Source of the DNA: Schizochytrium sp. TIO01 | Lineage: Eukaryota > Protista > Bigyra: Labyrinthulomycetes | Length of the DNA: 64,000 bases | Assembly: GCA_004764695.1 (NCBI GenBank) | Contig: SMSO01000025.1 | Span: 124,001 to 188,000, forward strand | Direction of reading: 5' to 3' | Shown here: in pieces, positions 1-13,129 of the stretch | Layout: every line of letters begins with the position of its first letter | How positions within the stretch are numbered: the stretch's first letter is position 1 | Translations under genes and position numbers: made by a program | The notes under the pieces: generated by a model | Databases searched by the model: none | What the model was told of the DNA's origin: nothing | Seen by the model: the letters and a program-made list of their open reading frames with translations, nothing else

Positions 1-167
1 ATAGCTGCTTCGGAGTCGTCATTGCGAATCGCTAATAACAGCAATGCCCGGTTTCCACGTCGCTCTGCAATTTCATCTTCTGTTCGCATGCTCATATCTA
101 ATGGCAAGGTGTTTTGCCCGATCCCTCCACGTATTGATGGGAGCATGGAGTTGTTGCTTGCGTCCAT
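1..167 (-). CDS. 5' part of a gene running off the left edge, possibly starting an ankyrin-like repeat
   Basis: Minus-strand ATG at 167 opens MDASNNSMLPSIRGGIGQNTLPLDMSMRTEDEIAERRGNRALLLAIRNDDSEAA with no stop before position 1. ALLLAIRNDD resembles an ankyrin helix. Confidence 0.4.
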   Translation of the reverse strand, partial: MDASNNSMLPSIRGGIGQNTLPLDMSMRTEDEIAERRGNRALLLLAIRNDDSEAA

Positions 168-969
168 TGTGCTTCTGCGTAGCCCCCAAGCACAATTTGC
201 CCCACCGCTGGATAATACAAAATCCTTGTAGCAAACTTAGACCGCGGATGAATCTTCAATGCCGGCCTCAGGAAATTGCCAGCTGACTTTGTAATGCCCA
301 ACAGCCCATTGGGCTAGAACTTCTACGCGCCTTGCATCATGGACTTCATGTCGAAAGTCTTGCGCGAGACCCTGTCCATCATTGCCCGCGGACTGCTGTT
401 CTCCGCGCCATTCCGGGGACCCCAGTGTGTACTTAAGGGCGCTTCTTGGGACAATACTAGGAACCTATATGATTTACTGCCTGTGCATATGTTCACAATT
501 ATGGAGCTATGACTAATTGTTTGGATAATATGAGGACGGAAGCCTGTTGGCTAAGCCTGGAAGCGCAGAGATGGTTCAACATGAATACCATATCTCGGAC
601 GGCTTGAGTTAAAGCTATGGTAGGTTTTATTCCATCACTTTACATATATATTTCTTTTAATTTAAAAAAATCTTTAATTTAGAAGTAAAAAAATGTTACT
701 GACTATGTGATGAAGACTCTAAGTGGGAGATCAGCTATGATAAAGATTGATGACAGGTCGTGCGACGACCAGGTTGGTGATTACATCGGACAGCGATGAA
801 GAAGACTAAAATCCTTGAAGTACAAAGGGGAATTAAGAATAGTACATTATGGAAAAGTTGCAGTCCTGAGTGTACATTTGAATTAGATAATGAATTTGCT
901 TCCATTGCATAGCATGCTTACATTGAGGCAATCCCTGTGCATGATGTACCCAAAGGATGAGTAGAACAG

Positions 970-1908
970 TTATGATTGCTTTGAAAAGCGTCCATGAACA
1001 CGAGGCCGATCATGTGCAAGGGCTCTGCGGACTGAATAACTTACCTTTTTACCCCAATTTCGTCGCAGACGCTTTTCGCGGTATCTTTGCACACGAGCTA
1101 GCCTTTCTTCAGGCGTGTAGGATGGTACCCGAAGGCGTCGATATGCCATCGCCCTGAATTGCTCAAAGCGCTGTTGCTGATAAAACTGTGAACTTTGTAA
1201 TTGACCCGAACGCTGTTGCTGCTGCTGTTGCTGCTGTGGTTGTGTGACTTTCTTGATTTTCGAAGAGGGTAAAGCTGGTGGGCTTTGCGTTTTAGATATC
1301 TTTTGTGGTAGTTTTCCTGCCACAAGCTTTGTGGGCCCTTTCAAAGTTGAGTTGGTCAGGGGTGCTACAGTTTGGGATGTTGTCGATGATTCCGCCAAAA
1401 GAGGAGGCGGCGATGAAGATGAGTTTGATGATGCAGAAGAAGAATACAAAGAAACACTGCTTTCTTTCAAAATCGGTGTAACAACCTTTTGTTTTGCATT
1501 TTTAGCTTCGGACATAGAGTTGAGAGCCGTGCTTTCTGTTTCAACATCTCGACCTCTCCGTTCGTCCTCAAAAGCAACAGCGCGCCCCGATAGACCAGAT
1601 TTGTTGCGAAACTGTAGCTTGTGAGGTGGATATTGAGCCTCGATACTGGGTGGGGTACTGGGTTGTGCCTTCGTTCTCGCTAGCCCTTCGGCAGGGTCAG
1701 GTTCAACCCTTTCTAAATGCCGATCTAGATGTTGATGTTGGGTCTGTACTTCGACACCATTCAGAATATTCTGTTGACGCAGTGGTTGATTCTGGTGACA
1801 GATATGACTGGCTTCACTCCATGCCTCTTGCAAGAAGCCCAAGAACAGCTGACATTCCGAAACTTTGGAAGAACCCGAAATCCCAGCATACTTTAGCTCT
1901 CGACGCAT
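970..1908 (-). CDS. CCT-domain (CONSTANS/CO-like/TOC1) protein, putative transcriptional regulator
   Basis: C-terminal RLARVQRYREKRLRRNWGKKVSYSVRRALAHDRPRVHGRFSK matches the CCT motif. It follows Ser-rich and poly-Q low-complexity regions. An upstream exon is possible. Confidence 0.88.
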   Translation of the reverse strand: MRRELKYAGISGSSKVSECQLFLGFLQEAWSEASHICHQNQPLRQQNILNGVEVQTQHQHLDRHLERVEPDPAEGLARTKAQPSTPPSIEAQYPPHKLQFRNKSGLSGRAVAFEDERRGRDVETESTALNSMSEAKNAKQKVVTPILKESSVSLYSSSASSNSSSSPPPLLAESSTTSQTVAPLTNSTLKGPTKLVAGKLPQKISKTQSPPALPSSKIKKVTQPQQQQQQQQRSGQLQSSQFYQQQRFEQFRAMAYRRLRVPSYTPEERLARVQRYREKRLRRNWGKKVSYSVRRALAHDRPRVHGRFSKQS

Positions 1909-3083
1909 GAGGGCGCTGCAAACGAAGGTTCCACTCAGAACGCACAGCGTATGATTAACAACTTAAATAGACGATCAGCCTTCAATGAAGAGGGCACCGA
2001 GGAGTCCTGAAGCTTGAGTGTTGCGGTTGAAGAAGGAGAAGAAGAAGTGATGAAGCAAAGCAGGACAAACGAACGAACGAGCGAACGGGTAACCGTTTAC
2101 GCCCTTGGACGTGCAAGCAGTTAGCCAGCGATGAGACCAACGATGATGCGAGCTTTAATGGTTCCCACGTCCACGCTTGACAAACTGTTCATGCGGCAAC
2201 AAGCGCGAGAGCGACCACGGACGCGCAAGTGTTTCTGTCGTGGCATGTGGTACTGGAGAGGCAGGCCGGACCACGAGGTCTTCAGTGGGCCACAGAGAGG
2301 GTCCTTCAGTTCGTGATTGGTTTCTGCACTCTCCCCACCTCTCGTCACTTCCTCTGAAAAGTGTCAGTGTATTGTGAGGGGTCAGAGAATATTTTTAGAT
2401 TTAAGATCACGTCACACTGAATTCTTAAGAGGCAGTGTAAGTGAGAGGAGAAAGTGAGAAATAAAAAGACGTTTGAACTCGTTCTTCAGGGTGGGACTCA
2501 CAAAAGAACGAATTAGAACACGTGTTCATGGAGGCTTGGAATTTATTTACCTGAGCAGATTTATTTTGATAGCGTTATGCTTGTGTACGATGCTGCAATG
2601 ACTTCTGTTGCAAAGGTTACACATATAATAGCAAGTTTCATTTATCGCTCACTTTGAGCAGCCCAGAGAATTTGGCATACTTGTCAATACTCTTTAATAA
2701 AGCAACAGATGTATTGGACTTCAATATTGAGGACGAGGGCTCACATCTCTCTTCACAACTCCACCCTGGTGAGTCAAATACACATCCAAAGTAAACAGTT
2801 CATTCATTCTCGCGATTTAAGCGTAATATTTTCTTAAGTTTGCGAAACAAGGTGAATCACCGCTGCAACACGATACCTACCTACAATCGCAAATGAATAA
2901 ATAAGATGATCTGCAATCACAAGATTTGACAGAAGTCTCGCTATAGTATACTAGGGAGGTCGCTGTGATATCTGGACAAGCACTCCAGTTGCCAAGACCT
3001 TGGCACCTTGAACGAGGTTCTGCTATTTGTGTGATTAAACACGTGCCGTTTCCACCTCTCACAAGGGCTCTGTAAAAAGAAAG

Positions 3084-3108
3084 AATAATAATAATAATAA
3101 TAATAATA
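3084..3108. repeat. (AAT)n microsatellite
   Basis: About 8 tandem AAT units. Confidence 0.9.
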
Positions 3109-3174
3109 AAATGGTTGTTCGCTATTGGTGCCACTCAAATCCACAACACAGACACTTCGCTGGAATACTCCAGG

Positions 3175-4692
3175 ATGTCTGAGGCTCCTGCTACAGCCTC
3201 TGGCGGTATGCAGGCCTTTAAACTCAAGTCAAAGCGTCCCCGTGGCGGTGAAACCTCCGGCAGGGGAGGTGATGGAGATGGTGATGATGGCAACCAGAAC
3301 GGCCTGGTCCAGGTCGAAGGCGACGTCTTCACAGAGGAACACGATGCAAAGATGGGCAACCGCGACGGGTATGAAAGCGACTCTATTGCTGCGAAGGAGC
3401 CCAAGGTTCCTGCTGTGATTCCACTCATCGAGGCAGACGGCGTGGACAAGAGTCTACCGATCATGCTGCGAAATCAGCCTGCGTCATTGCGGTCTATCAA
3501 GGATGAGAAAGAACGATTCGAGGAGCAAATGAGTCACCTGCCAGACCTTACGCAAGATCAATACAAATCTGTATCCATTGAGGACTTTGGAGCCGCGATG
3601 CTCCGCGGTATGGGTTGGAATTCTGCCACTTCGGATGCAGGAACCGCCTCGGCACTGCCTTCAATTCCAAGACCAGCACTCTTGGGATTGGGTGCCACTC
3701 CTCAAAAGGATATCGAGGCCATGATAAAAGAGCGTAAGAACCGAAAAGATAAAGCTGCCAGGGAAGCCGCAGCACGAGAGGCTAGAATTCAAGCAGAGGA
3801 GCAAAAACAGAAATCCAAGTTCCGACCTGGCTGGATCCAGGACGGGAGTCTTGTCTCCTTGCGCGGAAGCGAATGTGCAGACGATGAAGGTAAGCTTGCG
3901 GTAGTCACCCAGGCTGATAATGTACCAGGCCTAAACAATATTATTATAGAAATGGAGAATGGTGAGGAACGTAAGGTCAAGCGGGACTCTGTGGATATTC
4001 TTGATCACACGAGCTTACCATCAGACGGCAAGGGAATCGAATTTCGTAACTTGATCCTGTCTCGCTTAGCCAAAGAAAAGGCCGAAGTTGACAGTGATAC
4101 TGAAGAGAAAAGTAAGATTGACGGCATCGACGATGTTGACGCACCCGCACATTCATCACGGAATCACAAAAGCTCGCATAAAAAGGATAAAAAACACCAC
4201 AAAAAATCATCAAAACGGCATAATAAAGATTCACACGGAAATGGGGACAGTGATGACGAGGGCGATGATGAGGGACGTAGTAATAAGCATAAATCAAAGC
4301 GAGCTAAGCACGACCGCCCGCGGCAGTCCTGCTGGCTGCTTCCAGGGATTCGCGTACGGATTATGTCAAAGTCAATTTCTGGTGGTCGTCTTTATGGAGA
4401 AAAAGCAGTGGTGGAAGATATTGAAGATATGTATGAATGTACCGCGACTCTTCTTGTTGACGATGGTCGCTCACGTCGCATTGTTGAGGGCGTTGCTCAA
4501 TCGCAGCTTGATACGGCACTCCCAAAACGTGGAGGGCGAGTTATGATTGTTCGTGGTTCATTGCGTGGTAATCGGGGCCGTCTGACGGATCGTGATAGTC
4601 GCCGGAGTCGGGCAACTGTGGAAATGGACGACACCTTGGAGGTGCTCACATTTGATTATGATGACCTTGCGGAGCTTGTGATTGAACATTAG
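3175..4692 (+). CDS. GPKOW: G-patch and KOW domain splicing factor (GPKOW/Spp2/MOS2 family)
   Basis: G-patch SIEDFGAAMLRGMGW...RPALLGLGA. C-terminal KOW-type region WLLPGIRVRI...LDTALPKRGGRVMIVRG. First ATG is at 3175; the ORF track starts at an upstream TTG. Confidence 0.88.
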   Translation: MSEAPATASGGMQAFKLKSKRPRGGETSGRGGDGDGDDGNQNGLVQVEGDVFTEEHDAKMGNRDGYESDSIAAKEPKVPAVIPLIEADGVDKSLPIMLRNQPASLRSIKDEKERFEEQMSHLPDLTQDQYKSVSIEDFGAAMLRGMGWNSATSDAGTASALPSIPRPALLGLGATPQKDIEAMIKERKNRKDKAAREAAAREARIQAEEQKQKSKFRPGWIQDGSLVSLRGSECADDEGKLAVVTQADNVPGLNNIIIEMENGEERKVKRDSVDILDHTSLPSDGKGIEFRNLILSRLAKEKAEVDSDTEEKSKIDGIDDVDAPAHSSRNHKSSHKKDKKHHKKSSKRHNKDSHGNGDSDDEGDDEGRSNKHKSKRAKHDRPRQSCWLLPGIRVRIMSKSISGGRLYGEKAVVEDIEDMYECTATLLVDDGRSRRIVEGVAQSQLDTALPKRGGRVMIVRGSLRGNRGRLTDRDSRRSRATVEMDDTLEVLTFDYDDLAELVIEH

Positions 4693-5135
4693 TTTCCAGA
4701 AGGACACATTGACTGTACGTAACATGAATAGAACAATAAATAAAGGTAGACAAATTTTATTTTCATTGAGACGTTGAGGGATATTCAGAAAGCAACAGCA
4801 TCATCATCATCATCATCAACAATAGCAACAACAACAATCAGAACGAAACGAGCTTCTAGATATATAGCACCTAGGTAGATATTTCTTTTGGAGTTGGATT
4901 AGCCAGGAAATTGTGCTGTGCACGTACTACTTTTGTAATCCGAGTTGCAAGACCTAAACTGGTAGGCGGCAGCATATGCATGGCCTGATCATACTCCTAC
5001 AACGAGCACACACGCTAGTATTTGCACAAGTGAACCCTTATCACTTTGTTGGTATTTTTCATAACCAAACGGGAAATCACAAGTCGTCAGAGGGATGAAC
5101 CCAGGTGTACATAAAAACATATATGATTCTACGGT

Positions 5136-6587
5136 TCATTTATCCTGAGCCTGACGCCGGGCTTGCTCCTCTTCTTGCTTCTCGAGAATTTGTCCGATCA
5201 TTCCACCCTTGATTGCTAACATATGAGCTGCATTTCCATATCCACAGCGCCGTGTGAACTCGTCTGGGCTCTCCCTGCACAGAGCAAAGAGAAGTTCACC
5301 AACGCAGCGTTTCAAACTAGATTCTAGACATGTCAGAAAGGGAATCAAACGACCACCCAATACATCCTTTGGAGTGGTTCCGTGCATTTGACGTTTCTTA
5401 ATGCGAGCCTCGAAATCCTTGTCAGATTCAGCATCGTCTTGCTCCAGTGAAGGAAGCTCCTCTGGGAAGACTCTCGAGCGGGCTGAGGAACAACCCACTG
5501 GGCTCATCTGCACGGTTTGTGTACAAGCAATAATGTATGGCAAGAGCTCTCCTACATGTTGTACAGCCCGAGCTGGGTCTGCTTCATAGTTAGCGATTTC
5601 TTGTGTGCGTACGTCAAGAATATCAAGGAGGCCTTCAAGACCCCCACGATGCACAAATAAATCTGGAAATCCATCAAAAGCGCAAGCAAGCATCGCAATG
5701 CTCGTTGCCTGAAGCCAAAGTTCACTGAGGCTTTTTAACTCTTCGGTCGATGCGTTCTGAGGAGCTGTTACTCGAAGAACCTCTGTTACTGCCAAACCAA
5801 ATCTATCAACAGTACTTACCTCAGTACTATCTAGTGACAGATTATCCATAAAAGCCGCAAGGGTTTTCTCCTCGCTTAACATGTCTTGGCTAGTAGAAAG
5901 CTCCTGTCGTGAAGCTTGTGCTTCGGAAGCTTGATTAGCAAAGACATCAGGTTGGGTGACCATGACTGCATAAATGAGTTTTAGGCAAGATGTAAGCCCT
6001 GCGCGGAGGGCCATACCACGATCACTGGTGTTTTCTGGAAATAGATCAAGTCGATTATCGGTACTGCTTGGATGGTGGTCAGCCAGAATGTCCAATAGAT
6101 TTGGGAGCAAGCTACTCACAAATGCAGAACTAACGGGGGCGTCCGTGCTTCGCTCTGTGCTACTTGCGACAAGCATCATTCCAACTGCCCCTGCCAGTCT
6201 AAGCGCCTCAAGGTCGGTCTTCTGTGCTAGAACCTTGGCAAAGACCTTTGCGCCTTGATCTTCGGGTAGATCACAGAATGCTTGTTGAGCAAACCTTTGT
6301 TCATACATCGCATTGTTGAGGCACTTTAATGCATCATGAGCAGATGTTGAGCCGAGGTGCTTCACAGCAAGACGACAAAATCCAGCGAGAACATCACCTT
6401 CGCACAGTACCTTCATGGCTTCCACACGTTCACATAGCGCAAGCTTGCTCACCTGAAGTGCCAGTTGGGCTACATCCTCCGGAAACTCATTCTCCTCTCC
6501 AGCAGCGCGCACAACTTCTGCAGCAGTGGCGTAGGTTAATTCCTGCGCAGCTTCATCTCCAGCAAACCTGAAATATTCAACAGACAA
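5136..6587 (-). CDS. RIC8: Ric8/synembryn-like G-alpha GEF/chaperone (5' end uncertain, probably spliced)
   Basis: ARM-like helical protein with ALKCLNNAMY near the N-terminus and C-terminal LKRCVGELLFALCRESPDEFTRRCGYGNAAHML, the Ric8 GYGNA motif. The ORF begins at TTG, with an acceptor-like tttcag near 6568. Confidence 0.8.
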   Translation of the reverse strand: MSVEYFRFAGDEAAQELTYATAAEVVRAAGEENEFPEDVAQLALQVSKLALCERVEAMKVLCEGDVLAGFCRLAVKHLGSTSAHDALKCLNNAMYEQRFAQQAFCDLPEDQGAKVFAKVLAQKTDLEALRLAGAVGMMLVASSTERSTDAPVSSAFVSSLLPNLLDILADHHPSSTDNRLDLFPENTSDRGMALRAGLTSCLKLIYAVMVTQPDVFANQASEAQASRQELSTSQDMLSEEKTLAAFMDNLSLDSTEVSTVDRFGLAVTEVLRVTAPQNASTEELKSLSELWLQATSIAMLACAFDGFPDLFVHRGGLEGLLDILDVRTQEIANYEADPARAVQHVGELLPYIIACTQTVQMSPVGCSSARSRVFPEELPSLEQDDAESDKDFEARIKKRQMHGTTPKDVLGGRLIPFLTCLESSLKRCVGELLFALCRESPDEFTRRCGYGNAAHMLAIKGGMIGQILEKQEEEQARRQAQDK

Positions 6588-7748
6588 ATATCATCAGCCG
6601 CACGTGAGGTTGGTGAATAATTATGCATGGCATGACATGTCTCAATGGCATTTAAGGAGTTTAAAGTTAGTCATAGTGGTTCTTCTTGAAGTCATACGTT
6701 CATCTCCTAAAGCGTTGCCGCACAAGTAGCCCAACCTAATTAGAATTGTACAGCCAGCCGGTCATGATGAATCTCGTCACATTTCTCAGGCTTATTGTGC
6801 TTTCCAACAACGCAAATTTTGCCTCTCGCGCGATATCTTACGCTTAGAACCTACACTCTTTGCACAAGTTGCTCTCCCTGAGCCGTTTGTGCGCTCGCTT
6901 CCGCAGTACTTTGCGCACTCTTCAAAAGTTGTCGTGCTTCGTCTGGTGTCGAGCGTGCCATCTTTAGGGCGATCAACTGTCACTCAGCTTCTGCGCTGTT
7001 TTCCCTCAATCGTCGGTGATAATTTGTCTTAGGGCTGTCCAGCCTGCAAGCCTGACGCGAGCCAGGAACTAGTTGAAGAACGACTGCAAGAACGTTAACT
7101 ATATTCTTCGAAAACCCATTTTTACTATCATCGATGGATCAAGTATCCACTACTATAACATGACCTGAAGAACGGTAACCAAGGTGTGCTAGCCATCCAC
7201 CTACCTTTAACAGTAGCCAGCCGCACTTCGAGAAGACCCGCACGTGTGCGTGAAAAAGAACGAATACTACTTTATCCCCTGATCACCTCCCTGCACCCCG
7301 CCCCAGAACGGAACGAAGAAGAACTACCCTCCGTAAGCAGGGCCCAACCCAAGAAAGTGGAACTCCTATGTGTTCTCCAGGGTACTCTTAGTCTGCGTAG
7401 TTCTAGCAACACCAATACCTACCTACTAAGATACCACTATCTCTTTCTCTCTCAATCTGTATCTGTGTCTGTCTGTATCTATCTATGAATCTGTCCATCT
7501 ATGTAGTTAGTTAGTTAGTTATCTCTGTATCTATTACCTAGAGTACCTCTAACTAAGAGAAAGAACCGCTCCCTCTCTGCTTCTACCTAAAGCAGCCACT
7601 TACAAATCAAACCTACAGAAACATACAAATTCGCTGCTCCAGACACTGGACGCCGCCGTGGCGAAGCGAGCAACGCAACGCACATACATCACCTCCACTG
7701 CTCTGCTATGTTCCTGCACCCTGGAGTATACATAGCCAATAACATCGG

Positions 7749-7764
7749 CATCATCATCATCATC

Positions 7765-7799
<35 letters not shown>

Positions 7800-7800
7800 C
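7749..7800. repeat. (ATC)n(AAC)n compound microsatellite
   Basis: Direct observation. Confidence 0.9.
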
Positions 7801-8507
7801 GCATTTAGTCACCTCAGGCTTAATATGACAAAGGTAGCTACGACTGCTACTGCTACCACTGTTACCACTAATGCTAGCACTGCCAATACTACCACCTAAA
7901 TAGAAATAGGTAGTTATTTCTCTCTTTTCACTATTAAGAGGTTTTAGTTTTTTAAAGTTTTATTTCAACATTGTCATTCATTCCATGTACTTAACGCCTA
8001 ACACGCACTAGAGCAGTAGTAGTGCAATAAAGCTTGCGCGAACGAGGCGGCCCATTGTTACCCAGAGATAGCGAAGCCACGGTGCGCAGCGTAGGACAGG
8101 AGGGGTCACATTAGACGTTTCCGGCTATAACCCATACACGTTCAGTATTGAGGAGGGAGGGTTCCTCTGGGAAGTCAGCTAAAACGCGCGCCATGCCCCC
8201 GCTTTTCTCGGCTGCTGAGCGGGCTTTGGCTGTTTGATTATGCTCTTCTCAGTTTCTTCGACAAGTTTTCTCTGCTTTTGATGTTGTTTTCAATCGATCA
8301 ATCAATCGATCGATCTCGTTCGCTCTCGATGGACTGGAGCAAATGACACGCGGCGGTCTCGCTCTCTACGCGTTGGCTGCGGAACCAAATGGCGAGTTCA
8401 GACAGCGTGTATGCGACGACGATGCCAGAAGCGGGCCGTGCGAGCAGGCCGCGGCGACTGCGAATTCCAAGAACTTGGACTTGCACTGGTTACCTTTGAT
8501 TGGTTTT

Positions 8508-8549
8508 ACAAACAAACAAACAAACAAACAAACAAACAAACAAACAAAC
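8508..8549. repeat. (AAAC)n microsatellite
   Basis: About 10 tandem units. Confidence 0.9.
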
Positions 8550-8729
8550 GACTACTTCAATGACAGACAGGATGAATCAATCGACGTCGCTGACGGAGAT
8601 CGGTTCCACAGAGCGCTGCGTTGAGTCCACCGCTCTGCAGGGCCTTCTTCGAGGATTCGCAGATTCGACATCGCCGCCGTCAAATCCATCGCTTTCCTCC
8701 CATGAAACACACGAATCAACGAATTTGGT

Positions 8730-8878
8730 TGAATGATTGAGTGAATAAATGAGTGAATAAATGAGTGAATAAATGAGTGAATGAATGAGTGAATGAATGA
8801 ATAAATGAGTGAATGAATGAATGAATGAATGAATAAATGAGTGAATGAATGAATGAATGAATGAATAAATGAGTGAAT
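8730..8878. repeat. Compound tetramer repeat (GAAT/GAGT/AAAT)
   Basis: About 150 bp of interleaved GAAT, GAGT and AAAT units. Confidence 0.9.
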
Positions 8879-8929
8879 TGGTGGATCAGCAGTGATTTGT
8901 TTGTTGCGGGAACGGAGACTGATGTGGCA

Positions 8930-9003
8930 TCCAGCAAAGGCGATCTTCGTGGATGCCCAGATCAGCCAGTCAGCATACGCCATCCTTGGTCTTGAAGTTG
9001 GAG
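8930..9003 (-). pseudogene. Decayed protein-kinase fragment (subdomain VII region)
   Basis: Minus strand reads SNFKTKDGVC*LADLG then, after a one-base shift, ASTKIAFAG. This resembles the STE-type consensus N..TKDG.CKLADFG.S.KI with one stop and one frameshift. Confidence 0.45.
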
Positions 9004-9810
9004 TGTCGATGGAATGAAGTAAGAGAGAGATCAGGCTAAACTTGCAAATGACAGCCTCCTCGAAAGCTTGGGCGGCGTACTATTTCCTCTCTTTGCTTCC
9101 TCATTTACTCATGTGAATGGATGAGGAAGAACCATTGTTATTTTCAAGATTAAAAACCTTTATTATTATTATTTATTTATGTATTTATTCATTCATCATT
9201 CATTTATCATTAATAATAATTATTTTATTTTCCTGTTTGATCGATGCCCTTTTCATAAATTAAAAAATCGATTCTCTTAAAAACAAGCTACTACAAGAAG
9301 AAAGAAAGAAACTAGGAGGCGGAGAAAAAGTCCTATCAGCTGCAGTAGCACTGCCTAGAAGGTAGCTAGCGAGCCGCAGCTCATGAATCTCCTCTTCAAA
9401 GGCTTCAAAGATGTCAATAAAACTCCGACTGATTCGAGTTCGAAGTTGTTAATCGTCGTCTTCGGTTCTGCATTTGCATTTTGAAGTGCGTAGTGCGTAT
9501 TGCATACATGAATGCATGTTTATATACATATACATATACATATATATATATATATATACACACAATAAAGCTGCCACGAAGATATTATGGAGCGAGCGAG
9601 CGGTGGTTCCAGATGGAGATAAATGAGCATCAATCGAAGCACAGCCCTTTCAAGTCAGTAGTAACACCTAGTTCTGTCTAGCTAGAGCTAAGTTATTATT
9701 TGATGTAGTTCTTCGCTTGAAGAGAACGGCGAGAAACCACGGAAAGTAATTCGCTGTTGGTTACTTTAAATTTTACTTTTCTATTTTTGTTATTCTAAAC
9801 CTAAAGCTTC

Positions 9811-9905
<95 letters not shown>

Positions 9906-9906
9906 T
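9811..9906. repeat. (TTTA)n microsatellite
   Basis: About 24 tandem units. Confidence 0.95.
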
Positions 9907-11756
9907 TGACAATATATTATCTATCTCTTGATAATAACAATACAATAAATAAAAATTCTTTTTATATTAAATTTTTAATAATGGCTTATGCAATTTTGAA
10001 AGGCTTTATTATCACTACGTACCACGCCGCTGGAACGTAATAGCGTATTCCTTATAAACGCACTATGGTAATAGTAAAAAACAAATGAAAAGAACCTGAG
10101 TAGTCTTAAGACTTTGTTTATAAACAAAATAGTTCATGTTCGTAGTACTATCGTAGATAGGTACTAACTACTCACTGCCTGACGAAATATAAGTAAGTAA
10201 GCGAGTCTGCAAATGCGATGCATGCATGCATGCACAGAAACCTTCACGGTTACGCTTGGCAGACACATCCACCTCAGGATAATGCGAGGCTTGCACAGCT
10301 AGCTGCAGGCGCTCACCTACGTCTTGGGTGTGCAAGTCTCCGTCGCTGCCCATGGCGACTCCTACGAGCACTGGGAAGACCATCTTGGCGCACCGTCGCT
10401 ACGTACGTAGTCCTATCGTTTTTTAATGGAATAGAATCAGTGAGAAATGAATGATACAACAACAGAATCAACTCAACACAAGAATCGTCGGCAGCCTGAG
10501 AACCACGATCGACAATCCTCGTGGGTGAAAGCAACGCAAGAGGTTAGTTAAGTAGGCACTGCGGACTCGGCCTGGAGAAGAGCCGTGCAAGAGGCTAAAC
10601 TGCCAGCCGACCTGCGAAGCTTGTCGAGCCAGAGATGATGAGTGAAGTGCCGCAGGAAACCTTCGTGGCTGCCTACGTTTCCCGGGCGCTGCACCTGCCG
10701 CTGGTCTCGGCACCGATTCTCATGACAACTCGCAGTCGCGGGAACTCGCAGTCGTGAGGACACGTTCACGGGGAAGAATGTGAAGCAGTCGTGGACTTGA
10801 AGCACAATCATTTGGACAACCTCGTGCTCGTTCTGGCATTTATTCATTTACTCTTGGTGACTCCAAGATGATGTCGTTGGCGTAGTAGAACAAACACCTC
10901 ATTGCAATGGAAGAACTCATTATAAAGAAGAAGAGCTGCACAATAGCATCGAAACCAGCGAGACGTACGGAACGGGCATGGGAATGAGTCTCGAAGACGT
11001 TTCAGGCTCAGCTAGTGAACTACTCTTTAAGCACTGTATCTGTGAACGAGAATTTAGCCGAAGCAGATGAAGCGCCATTTCTATTGTAAAAGTAGGCCTT
11101 CAATTCGTCACTTTTATTTATTTTATTTTATTTGTACATAATGAGAAACTGTAGCTAGCATGAATAATAGCAAAAATGGTATTCAATTTGGCTTATAAAC
11201 AAATCATTTTATTCATTGATTTTTTAATTTGTTGATTTACTTATTGTAAAGCCACAACTACTTCGTAAACAGGCTGACTGATTTTAAAAAAAAAGCGAAA
11301 GAGAGCTCACCTACGATCGTAGGTAGAGCGCCATATTGTAGATTACAGCAGTACTTAGCTAGTTAATCAGTTACCTTCTCAGAGTAGAATGGAGTGCAGA
11401 AGCTCTAAATAAGCTGCTTCATTGCAGAAACTATTCCCATTCCCCAAAGAAATAGTACCTCGTTATAACATTTATGATCATAAAAAGCCATCATCCATAC
11501 CTAGCTACTATCACATTCTTAGAGTTACAAGTAGGCAGCTGTAGTAAGTGCCATGTTCTTCTTTAACAGAATAACATGTTTTATAATGTGTGTCAGCGAC
11601 AGTCACTCATTCGCCTGAAGGATGAAGCAGAATCGAGTCCTGCTTGAAAGAGATGATGATAGGATTACTATGGCGCTTCGCTTCTTCTGTGCGCCTGCAG
11701 TTGTTGAGATTTGCAGCAGTAGCGGTCAGTCGTCTTAGCTTACTTCGAGAGCACCA

Positions 11757-11911
<155 letters not shown>

Positions 11912-13066
11912 ATTTGGGAAACTACAACCGATTGGCTAATTGATTGTGTGATCGATCGAAAACAATTTGACAACGATATCGCACTACCTACGCAAGATCG
12001 AAGGCAATGCTGACTTCTCTTCTGCCAACGAGCAGGTTGTGCTTATTGCTTATTGCACGACGTCTTCAGCTGCAGCTGCTGCTCATCGTTCGCAGCTCCA
12101 TCATTGCTTGCATAGAAGTACAATCAATACTTAGAAAGAAAGTCTATTTATGCTATTATTGCTATTATTGCTACTGCAATGTTGATATTTTCTGAAGGAA
12201 AAGAATGATTATCCAGCAACATCTTGTCGCTCAAAGTAGCCCAAAACTCATCATCTGTGGCCTCCATTGTCTCCTGCAGTGATATTCCCCGCGTTATTGC
12301 CATTGAGGATGACCTGCTTGCTGCCCTCCTGTATAAACCCGTATTGGCTCTTCAAGAGCACCCTCTGGCTGAAGGACCGGGAAAAATAAATGTAGAAATA
12401 CCTGAGTCATAAACAATTTTCTTTTTTGTTAAAAATAAATAAATGAAAACTATAATTATAAAAATCCTCACAGAAGGGAGTGGGCCACTCCTATAAATTA
12501 GGCTAGAGTATGCTAGTGCTAGCAGCCGTCTAAAACCCCATCCATCGTAGCTCCATTCCCCTCTCGTATGTCATTCGCCTGCCGTGACGATCTCTTGATT
12601 ATGTTCGCATTAGATTTGTGTGGATCTGAGAATATATGCATCCTCCCACGCAGTCAATCGCCGGTTTTAATGGCTCGGTTGTCGGCGAGTGGAGCGGGCT
12701 CAGGCCATCTGGTGATTTGATACTGTTGTGTTTACTACAATGTTAAATGTTTTGTTCAATGAATGAATTAGTTTTGTTTGTTTTTCTCTCGAACATTAAA
12801 AAGAGATTCCGCCTCTGAGAGATTCGTATAAAATTGATCCGAGGCAGTGAAAAGGTCAAAGTTTGGAGGTCATGATCTTGCAAAGTTGAGCCTGAGACCA
12901 GAAGCCGAGACCAGAATGAGAGCAGTCAACTCTAACAGTGCACTCCGAAGCCCTGCCTCCAGAATGGCACAAAGCCTGTGCTACTTGCTTACTTACGATT
13001 AATTATTGGCTGCTTCTTTCCTCGTGTTTCAAAGTTTGAAGAATGGTAATAAAATGAAATGAAAAT

Positions 13067-13068
13067 AA

Positions 13069-13128
<60 letters not shown>

Positions 13129-13129
13129 A
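13067..13129. repeat. (AAAG)n microsatellite
   Basis: About 15 tandem units. Confidence 0.95.
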
